From: Octopus sinensis
Lineage: Eukaryota
NCBI RefSeq assembly: GCF_006345805.1
Contig: NC_042998.1
Span: 102,610,001 to 102,674,000 of the forward strand
DNA length: 64,000 bases
Direction of reading: 5' to 3'
A program made the translations under genes and the position numbers. How positions within the stretch are numbered: position 1 is the first letter of the stretch; the number at the start of each line of letters is the position of its first letter. Below, piece after piece: positions 39,885 through 50,544 of the stretch. Under the pieces are notes generated by a model that saw nothing but the letters and a program-made list of their open reading frames with translations, made no database searches and was not told the DNA's origin.

Positions 39885-40448
39885 GTGGGCAGGTGTGTAT
39901 ATAAACATCTATATAATTGTATATGTATATTTATTTATATTCATGCATGTTTACACATGCAAGTACAAACACTTACACATGTATATTGTCATATTTATAC
40001 ATACACAATAGCAAAGATATATGCAGAAAATGATGTGTATACATTTCTTTCAGCAAACTTGTCCCTGCATTTTCCACTTGCTTAAAACAACCCCGCGTCC
40101 GCACCAACTATTACTGTTCCTTGACTGACTAAGCTAATTACCGCACTTTCAAATTTCTCTAGGTATATATACTAACTACAGTGACATTAGCCCCCAAACA
40201 ATGTACAGTCGTATTTGTACTGTATCTGTGTGATATTATAACCACAGGTTTTAAAAGTCATTAATATCGTCATAGCCAGTAACTTTAGATATTACTTGTA
40301 GGTGTATGCATTAAGAAGATTGCTTTCGGACCACGCAGTTTTGTGTTTTGGGCAATTGTCTTCTGCTATACCACCAGGTTCACCAATGCCTTGTGAATAA
40401 ATTTGGTCGATAGTAACTAAGTGGACTCTAGCTGTACATACATTCTGC

Positions 40449-40504
<56 letters not shown>

Positions 40505-40507
<3 letters not shown>

Positions 40508-41380
40508 GAGATAGTATCAAAACATTCCCGGTCAAGTTATGTTTAATAACGACTAACTTTTTTACCTGAATTTTAACAATATTTCACTCGAAGTAGTCAC
40601 CATGCACAGGAATACAATGATCCGAACCAACTTTCCTGACAGTTTTGGAATCCGGCCTGGACGTCATTTTCTGTAAAAAGACCTTCTGCGATTTGATTTT
40701 GATATCGACAACGGTGTTATAACGGCAACCTTTGAGTAACATTTTCCTTTTGGGGAAGAGATAGAAGTCTGCAGGTGCTAGATCTGGTGAATAGGGCGGG
40801 TACGCAAGCGATACCATATTGTTGTTAACGATAAACTCACGAGTGAGGAGAACTCGATGACAGGGTGTTTTTTCGTCGTGGAGAATCCCAGAGTTCACGC
40901 ACCTCAGATACATGCGATTTCACTGAATGCCTCTCAAACATCGGTCATTGTCCTCTGATGAAATTTCGCCATATTTCCTGGAATGACGCTCATCGAAGGT
41001 CTTCCAGACTGCTCATCGTCCTTCAGTGTAACTTTTCTGCTTTCGAAGCGTCCGTGCCACTCGAAACATTACATATGATACATTAACACATCGCCAAGCA
41101 CGCTGGATATCTCTGTAACAGGCTTCCCAAGTATAACTCAAGATTTCACGCAGGATCTTTCTACCAACTTCCTGTCTATGATAAAAATCACAGACTACAG
41201 CATATACGTGATCACAAAAAAACTCAAATTTCATAACTTTCAAAGTAAACACAGCGATGTCACTCGGAACACCGCCTCACGAAAATCACTGCTAGTTCTC
41301 ACTGAGCAAGCAGCCTTGACCTGCGATCTGTTGGCGTGTTACACAAGTAGTCCGGAAAAGTGCTGATACCACATCACATA
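40505..41380 (-). mobile_element. Decayed mariner transposon
   Basis: LHDEKTPCH...PPYSPDLAPADFYLFP; degenerate TIRs at 40505-40535 and 41348-41380; TA flanks. Confidence 0.85.
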
Positions 41381-41388
41381 TATGTATA

Positions 41389-41459
<71 letters not shown>

Positions 41460-41460
<1 letters not shown>

Positions 41461-42900
41461 GTGATTGAAACTCACAGCTTATTTTGCTGGGTATGATGGA
41501 AAGTGTCAGCTATCCACAGCCATCAGACTAAGGTGACATTTCTTTACTGGTCGTTATTCAAAATATTTTTGCAGCTCCAAACAATGCTGATTTTTGTAGG
41601 TGATCGACCTTTGCATTTGTGCCAATCTTATTGAGCCATGTGGGTATTTGAGTGCTGATATTTCGAACTGCGCCAATTACTATTGGTACACACGTTGACT
41701 CTCTTCATTGATCCCAACCTTCGTATTTCTCACTTCAAATCATCATAGTTGTTTTTTTTTTTTAATTTTTCTCTTTGCTCCTGTTGTCACCAGGACGTGC
41801 TATGTCGATTATCATGCACGTTCTGCTTTTTTGTTTCCACCACGACAATGTCCGGTTTCCGATATCTGGTCAGGTGATCACAATGAACCATTGCCTCCCA
41901 CAAGATTTTGCAATCTTCCTTCTCGGCAACTCTGTCTGAGGTTTGTTCATATCACCTCTTTGCTCATTGTAGGCCGTGATTTTCACAGAGCTCCCATGGA
42001 TCATTCTTGCCTAATTATCTTGGTGTCTTTTCTATTAACGTTTTGCCAATTTCTTGCATTCTCTAACGATGTATCATACCGTTTCACCCCTCTCACCACA
42101 CATTTTGTAACTTCACATAGTTAGTCCTTAACGCTTGCTCTTGAGCTGCGCATAGAAGTGCTTCTGTCTCTATCTTCAGGTTAATCCTCCTTATCCGTAG
42201 CCACCGGTCTTCTGTATCTGTCTTGACGTTCGTATCTCTTGCGAACTGACATTAAGTTTTTCCCCTTCCATGATGTTCCTTTTTGTGTTCTTTTCCTGTT
42301 TAAGTTTTCCTTTCTTTACACAATTATCAGTTCAATGACTCTGGCCTTCTTCATGTTGCAACAGTGATTCCACATTTGATACATACCACATTAAGCTGTT
42401 TTCCTCTGTTTCTATACATACCTGCCAACTGATCAAACTTCTCTCTCAACATTTTTCTTGTATTGATATCCATTTTCTTCATTTCTCTCTTTTGCTATTT
42501 TAAAACTCCAGCTCCATACCAAAGTGATGCTATCACACATGTATTAACCGCTTGAATTTTATTCCATCCGGTGAATTTTGAGCGCAACACCAAACTTAGT
42601 CTTCGGAAATATTCCATCCTCAGTTGCTCTAGTATGCTAAGGTATTTGCAGCCTTCTTTTTCGATTTGTTTAATCAGTCCTCAGTTAGATAATTCTATCC
42701 TTCCTAGGGACTGTACCTTGTCTACTCCACTCTCCTTGAGTCCGAATTCCATTGTAATATTAGCATTAAAACAGTGGACCGAGTTCACTAAGAAACTCAC
42801 TTGTGCTTCATCCTTGCCACACAGCTTCAAATTATGCATGAAGAGGAAGTGGTTGATTGTTTGATAGTTTCCCTCTAGCTGATATCCCATGATTTTTCTA
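41460..42900 (-). mobile_element. R4/Rex6-like non-LTR fragment (partial RT, endonuclease) ending in (TAA)n
   Basis: GYQL....INHFLFMHNLKLCGK..MEFGL (RT); CVPIVIGAV...LQKSALFGAAKIF; (TTA)n at 41390-41460. Confidence 0.8.
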
Positions 42901-44016
42901 AGTACTGAGAGAGATCATGCAGAGAACAAAAATCAACAGAGATAAGCTACCCCCCCTGAAAAACCCGTCTCCTGATTCCGAGGGTGCCCAATCTTTTGCT
43001 GTAGGATGGCAACTCAGTTTCCCATCCCAACATACTTCTCTTCAGGAAACACGGTACATTCCTCGCAACTCCAAACAAATCTAAGCACACTCTGATCCAC
43101 ATTAACGGGAAGCAACGAATTTACCTTAATTGTCAGCAGTATTTCCCTTTGATATATCTTTCAGGCACAACACCGTCCATCGTTTTGTCAACCACCCTGG
43201 GATTTCTTCTTATTCATCCAGATATTGCAAGTAGCTTAAATCGGCTCAATGCCATTTGAAGTTCCCCCGGATTCTTACAGAAACTTAGCCCTTTCAGGTC
43301 TAGATTACCGTATGAAAAGATACAACGAGTCCAAAATGACTCCTGGAAACTGAGCTACTATTGGTCAAGGAAGGCTGCACGGTGTTGTTAGAAGTGAGAT
43401 CTACATCAGCAATATTAGAAAGGAGAAGTTGTATTTATCTCCACAACACTTGACAACCGGTCTCTGTTTACGCTGACGGAGATTTAGTGGCTCGGCAAGA
43501 GAAACCAGTAGAATTAGTATCAATACTGAAGTTGATTCGCCCGATTAAATCCCTCAAGACAGTGTCCCAATATGATCGCATTTCAAATGATTGAAAAAAT
43601 TGCAGGGTAATTACAACAAATTTTAATATCCTTTTATTGAATTATATCTCACCAGTAGCTTACTTCTGTAGTTTTTAAATGCACTATCTTCATTAATATC
43701 GCTTATGTATCCAGTAAATCATACCCGCTTCTCATGCAGATTATTTTGTTACTCGTAGATAAACCCCTTAGTTTAATATTATCCTCTCTCTGCATACCGT
43801 GCTTAAAACATTAGAATACGCAACATTTCCATCTCTCAAATTTCACCCACAAAATATTCAATCAGAAGCTTAATTAGAATGATTTCATCATTGGTTTCGA
43901 AAACGTAAGCATGTGTTATAAAGATAGATTCTCAATTTTAGGCCTTCCTCTCTATCTTTTCTATATCTCTTTGTAGACACAAATTTTTCGATGCTATGTG
44001 ATTGTTTCTAAAGCGG

Positions 44017-44066
<50 letters not shown>

Positions 44067-44279
44067 GGGCTAGAGATGAATATAAGAATCCAGCTTCACA
44101 AAACATGGTTACAAATGCAAAAAGTATATTCTTTAAAACAATATATCCACTTCAAACGGACATTTAATAACAGACCTAAAAACACCATATTACATAAATT
44201 TTAAGTAGTGTTAGTGATATCAATACTTCAACTAATATGTATAAGTTACTACCTGTAAGATGGAAGTTTAACAATAACA

Positions 44280-44700
44280 TTGGTTTGAAAATTTGACACA
44301 AGGCCAGCAATTTCGAGGTAGTGGATAAATCGATTACAATCGATCTCAGTACTTAAATGGTACTCTTATTATCGACGACCGAAAAGATGAAAAGGAAAGT
44401 CGATCCGGTCAAATTTGAATTCAACACAGACAGATGGACGAAATGCTACTAAGTAATTTTCCCGGAGTGCTTACGATTCTGACCGCTCATTGCCTTAAAT
44501 TTATCAACAGTATTATATGTGATATGAGGTGGCAAGCTGGCGGAATCCTGAGCACACTGTAAAAAATGCTTAGCCTTAAGTTGTGAGTTCAAATTCCGAC
44601 GAGGTCGGCTTTACATTTCATCTTTTCGGGGTCGATAAAATAAGTACCAGTTTAAAACTGAGGTGGGTGTAATCGGGTCCCATTCTCGGAATTACTGTCC
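44280..44700. mobile_element. Two oppositely oriented octopus SINE copies
   Basis: 44525-44700 (+): ggcaagctggcggaa..gagttcaaattccgacgaggtcggcttt..ggggtcgataaaataagtaccag; inverse copy at 44280-44500. Confidence 0.7.
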
Positions 44701-45245
44701 TTGTGTACAAATTTGAAATAAATATAACAATAGAAATGCTAGCTCACGTTTTAAAAACACAATCAATCAAAACACACTGTGATTCAGTGAAGATCACTTT
44801 TGTTCAAATATTTAAATTCTTCAATTTCTTCCCTTTGGCTTTTCGTAAATATATCTTTACTGCGATTTTCGCCTTGGCTCATTATATACATATCAACAAC
44901 AAAAGTTTCTTATTTTCGCCAATAAGATCAAATTTTGCAAGGAAAAAGAAAAAAACAAAAAAACAAAAAAAAAAAATATCGCTGCTGATAGAAAGATAAC
45001 CAAATCACGTTTCTGAATAAAATTTACATACTTGTTAATAGGCGTTCAGTTTGTGTCAGATTTCACTTCTTTTCACAATATGTGGAATATATGGGTATGT
45101 GTGTGCGTGTGTGCGTATGTATGTATGTGTTTGTGTATGTACATATACATACATATTTGAGTGTCTATATAACCAATATATATACATATATATATATCAT
45201 ACATATATATATATATATATATACGTGTGATATATATATCATACA

Positions 45246-45276
<31 letters not shown>

Positions 45277-45892
45277 CACGACCTAAGGGCTAAACGTGTT
45301 GAAAAAACAGAATAAAAGAATACATCTCAACATAGAAACATACAAATTCACACATATACATTCATACATGCACAGACACAAACACATACACACACATATA
45401 TATATATCTATGTATATAATTAATGGCTACTTTCTCGTATACGATCAAAGGCCGTTGCTAGAGGGTATCGTTGAAATGTGTCATTGATAATGCAATGAGT
45501 CCCTTGTATTAGCCTTCATCCTGGCCAAAGATTTGTTCATTTTATTACATAGCGCACTGATGTGCTGAGGGTTAGAAGGAACTGGTGCTATAGTATGAAA
45601 TATTTTGACGTCTTTTTAATCCTCCAACTGAACAGCACATCTTTCCACAGGTTGCACATGTTCTGTTGCCAACAATAGCTGAATCATAATTTACAAAGAG
45701 TCTGTTCTCGTGGCTTCTTTGATGGGAAACCTGGTTTGCATAAGTAATGCTTTTCCTCCTTGAAATCACACACATAAAAATCAATATTGCTTCATTTTCT
45801 ACTGGTTCATTCTTTCTAAGCTTTCACCTGACCTCCTCGTGCTTCATTCTCTGTCTTTCAAACTTCAAGTTAGTTACACATACATAAATAAG

Positions 45893-45948
<56 letters not shown>

Positions 45949-46644
45949 AATATACATAAATACATGCATACACACACACATATATATGGGCATTTTCATG
46001 CGTGTATATACGAGCGTTTTCTTATGTATTCCACATACTGATGTATGACATTACATTACTATTTACATCTGTCATCTACAGACCTCAACTCCTCCAGTTA
46101 TGCAGTATATCAAAACAGGACATGTGGGACATTTCGGTTCACATTCTAGATCGCATTCAAGAATCGATGGGGCAAGAAATCATGTAAACAAATACATACA
46201 AACACAAATATACACACATATTCAAATATACGTAAGTTTATCTATCGCTTGTGTTTGTGCATGCATGCATATACCTACTTACATACTGAGGCGATCTAGC
46301 GCCGCTACACAAAGAAGATTGACTCGGTGAAACAGATGAGCTACTGGGAGAGTCTACAAGATTTGAAGCCCTATGCCTGGAAAGAAGGCGAGGAAGGTAT
46401 GCAGTGATATACATACCGAAGATCCTGGAAGGTCTAACTCCTAGTTGGGATTTAAATGCTATACGGACCACCAAACTGGACGGCACCGCATAGTACCAAA
46501 GATGTCACTTTCTTTATCTTTATGATTCAGCTATTGCAACATCTTGGCTTTCAGAGGAGTATAACTGTTTAACATCCTGCCAAGTAGCCTACAAAATCTG
46601 CAAGGTGTAAAAGTGGAAACGTTTCAAAAGGCACCTGAACAATA

Positions 46645-46682
<38 letters not shown>

Positions 46683-46921
46683 GTGATAGGTGTGATGTAC
46701 AGACATTGAATACTGAGAAAAAAGTCGTCAGAACTTTGGGAAAAAAATATTTTCATTTTTTCATTATTATAGCGCTTTCATTCGTTTCTCGAACTTGTCA
46801 AATAAAATTTTGTGAATGTACAAATGCCTTGTTCATTTATATAAACACATTTTTGGTGGGGGTTGTTTAGAAGAGAATATTGTTTTTATTTTTTAGGGTG
46901 AGGTTCCATGACAATGGAGAT

Positions 46922-46961
<40 letters not shown>

Positions 46962-46974
46962 ATATATATATATA

Positions 46975-47544
46975 TATAATTAATCAATATAGGGTAGCAA
47001 TAAATTCAGCAGAAATTATTTGGGTTGAACGGCCTATTATGGGCGTTCCTTAATTTTGCTGTTGAATTTATTAATAGTCTTTGACTATTTCCTTTTTCCC
47101 ATTAGACCGCTGGTGGCAAATAATTTCTGCTGAATTTTTTGCTACCCTATATTGATTAATTATAAATTTTCTGTTTAATTCCAAAATGGAATCGGCAGCT
47201 TATATTTGCTGCCGATAAATTTGGCGCGAGTACAATGATTTGAAAATTTTAGGTCAGATATTGCCGAGACAGTAGTGGTGCTGCCTCGTGTAAATATCTC
47301 TCCCGTCTGGCTTACTTTACTGATGAATCTGTTGGCCTATGGAGGATTAGTTTGATTTAATTTAATCAGTCTGATTTACCATTAAAAAATAGATGAAACG
47401 ATGCATTGTATAAAGTATAACAGGGTAAATGTTTTTAAAATTTTCTCCTTGTTTACGGAATTAATACTTTTTTGCGGTTGAAGCCTTGGCTGCTATTTCT
47501 AGTGGGTTGAACGGCCTATTATGGCCGTTCCTTAATTTTGCTGC
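46975..47544 (+). mobile_element. Non-coding HHR retroelement (retrozyme-like, 482-bp unit) with a 47-bp 5' inversion, between (TA)n tracts
   Basis: Inverted arms 46975-47021 / 47118-47164; 41-bp direct repeat at 47021-47061 and 47503-47543; central HHR. Confidence 0.82.
47313..47417 (+). ncRNA. Apparently intact type I hammerhead ribozyme
   Basis: tacttta-CTGATGA-atct(~60 nt)agat-GAAA-CGA(TGCA)TTG-TA-taaagta: 7-bp stem I, 4-bp stem II, stem III, GUA triplet. Confidence 0.85.
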
Positions 47545-47581
47545 TATATATATATATATATATATAATATATATATATATA

Positions 47582-47793
47582 TATAATATTAATTAGAGAG
47601 AAAACCACTATTATGCAAATCAAACAAAGAGTCTGGTCTTGAAACCACCTGATGAATGTCAATAGAAGTGACAAGAAACGATCGTATTGGATATCTTAAT
47701 TATATTTAATTTATATAAAATTTTTTATGTATTGGATTAAGTCTTTCTTTGTTTGATTTGCATAATAGTGGCTTTGTCTCTAATTAATATTAT
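47582..47793 (+). mobile_element. ~210-bp mini element: HHR plus 3' end, with a ~49-bp inverted copy of the 3' end at the 5' side
   Basis: Arms 47582-47630 / 47746-47793; HHR at 47645-47690: CTGATGA-a-tgtca..tgaca-a-GAAA-CGATCG-TA. Confidence 0.75.
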
Positions 47794-47870
47794 ATTATAT
47801 TTTACTATAAAATTGGATTCAATCCTAAATCTGATTTTTCCCTGTAAATTTGGATTTATTCCCTAATATT

Positions 47871-47929
<59 letters not shown>

Positions 47930-47959
47930 TATATACATATTTATACATATATGTGCTAA

Positions 47960-49026
47960 CTCAAGAAAAAAAAGACATGCAGTCATAGTTTCTATGCATG
48001 CACAACACAGTGATTTAGAAATGTGCAACTTTCTAAATGTTGCAAGATCATCTGTACACAAAGTTTGGTTGGAAGTGGAGGCATGTGATGGTAATGTTTC
48101 ACCTGTATCAAAGTGAAATTAACATTCACAGACACTAAAAAGACACTAGAATATATACATGTTCAAAACATTATCGATGAAAAACCCAGAAGTTCAGTTA
48201 GGTTTATTACTAGAGAACCTCGGGTGCCAAAGTGGACTGTCAGAACTGTCGTACATCGTGATATTCAATACAAGTCCTGTGTAAGGAGGAAAGGGTAATT
48301 CGTGCCTCCAAAGACACAAGAAAACCGTCTCAAAACGGTTACTTACAGTGCAAAAACCTTCATGATCAAGGCTTGCTTTTTCTGTAACGAAAACAAATTC
48401 AACCAAGATCAAAGTCTAACGAAGGAAATGGCATGTGGTTATGCACAGATCCTTCTGAAGTACCTAGAGTGATGCGCACGAAATTTCCAGCAGCTTTAGG
48501 AGTGGTGAGTAGCGAAGGTCATGTGATACTTCCCCACCTTTTTCCACAGGGTCTTAGAATTAATGTTGTTAGATACATTGAGGTACTAGAAATTCTTATT
48601 AAGTCCTTATGAAGTATATAATGGAAGGTCATACGTGTTTCAACAAGACGCAACACCTTCTCACAAAGCCCTAGTCACCCCAGAATGGTTGTCAGACAAT
48701 CTTTACAATTATGCTACATCCACACTGATCAGATTTGAACCCCATGGGCAACTACGTGTGGAGCGTTGCTGAAGGGGAGACTAATCGTCATCCTCATAAT
48801 AACATAGCTTCACTGAATAAGGAGCATATAATGTCAGCCTGCTACGGGCTTTGGTCCGCATTGAAGCACTCATCGATGCTGAAGGTGATTTCATAGAATA
48901 ATTTTCTTAAAAAACTATTATCAAGACTAATTGAACAAAGGTTTATTCAAATACATATTTATTTATGTTGAAAGATTGTTGTCTTATTATTTACCAAAAC
49001 TGTCCTCAAATCCCTGTCGCACCCTA
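47960..49026 (+). mobile_element. Decayed Tc1/mariner-superfamily transposon (maT/DD37D-like)
   Basis: GVVSSEGHV..PHLFPQGLRIN...YVFQQDATPSHKALVTPEWL...DLNPMGNYVWSV; right TIR-like end ..cgcaccctata. Confidence 0.75.
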
Positions 49027-49752
49027 TATATCTCTGTATGTGCGCCTGTATATATATAAACAGAGAGGGATTGAGAGCTATAGAAGAAAGATCGAGAAGG
49101 AGATAGAGATAGATAAATTGAGAGAGAGAGGGTGAGAGAAAGGAAGAAATATATACATTTCTATTCCTATGTACGCAAGTAGGTATTTATAATTGCGTTC
49201 TTTTGAACTTGAAATACCATTTTCTAAAATCATTTTATTAATACTTCAGGGAATTTATAACTAAAATCGCGATAATACAAACAGTGATAACGGATATCTC
49301 TACAGTATTTGACCATTTCCTGCGAGGTATTTTGATTAACATCCAACCGACTCTTCTCTATTAAAGTACATTTTCTTAATTAGCTAGAAACACCGCAATC
49401 AATGTCTCTATATTTCCAGGAAAATGCCCAAATTCTTGTCATGTGCCAGGACTGTGTATGTTGCGTTTATTGAGAATAGAACGGTAACTTTTTCCCAAAA
49501 GCAGATATGAACACACAAACACGTATATGCATGTATGTGTGTATATATGTGTATGTATGCATGTATGTATTTTTTTTATAGAAGTTGGAGATTTGAGCAA
49601 AAGCAGAAATCCGGCGTTGAATTAATTATCTTTCTAGATAAACCAGCGAAATAGATACATATATGTGTGTATGTCTTTCATTACATACGCAAACACACAT
49701 ACACAAATGCCCACAGATACACACACATATATATATACGCGTATACACATAT

Positions 49753-49795
<43 letters not shown>

Positions 49796-49848
49796 ATTGG
49801 TGAATTGAAGAAATGGAGCTGAACGCAGATTGAACAGAAATCGTTTTA

Positions 49849-49937
49849 TTTCATTCTACACGTGTTTCGAAAGGCACAAATTACCAAAATCCGATTGAAT
49901 AATGGGACCATATTGTGTCTTTCTCTTCAGGAAGAAA
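49849..49937 (-). ncRNA. Type I hammerhead ribozyme in the PLE-2 3' pLTR
   Basis: tttcttc-CTGAAGA-gaaagacac(37 nt)gtgcctttc-GAAA-CACGTG-TA-gaatgaaa; palindromic stem III; predicted cleavage after 49857. Confidence 0.88.
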
Positions 49938-50544
49938 AAAGGAAATCCGTTGGAAAAACAAAAACAGAACAGAGGCGGAGCAAAAACAAATCGAACTGTG
50001 CTCCTAAGAGCCCATGGCGAAACTGTTTATCAGTGTATGTTGAGAACCGGTGGCTGAAGAATTCAACGGGTCAGGCATCGGTCAATCATGTGGGTGAGGG
50101 TGTATAGATGTTCTTTGTGACCGAGAATAAAGTTCTGACTATTTAAAGAATATTGGATGTTTTATAAGTGGCGAGAAAAAATCTACTTAGAGACGTGTGT
50201 GTGTGTGTATACTGTTCTATATATGTGTGTGTTGGCGTAGGGGTAGAAAACATTTTTTGTGTACGTGTGTGCGTTTGATCGTTCGGCTGTCAGTGGCTAC
50301 AGCCGTGATAACCGTTGGGTGGCAGAAAGAAAAAAATAAAAAAATTATATATATATATTATGTTTTATGTGTGTGTGTGTTCATCTAAGCCTACCTTGTC
50401 AAGGAAAACCCCCCGCTGTGAAAAAACCAAGCCCCGTTTGTCTTACAGGAGTAATTCCCCTTGCAGTGGTCAATCGTAGATATCTTAAAGGCTATTTCAG
50501 AATTTGTTACCAAGGGCTATGGGTGCCGGTATTATTTATAAACG

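Noticed and set aside
43005-43060. Minus-strand CTGAAGA...GAAA motif
   Set aside because: No credible stem II or stem I pairing; at most a decayed remnant.
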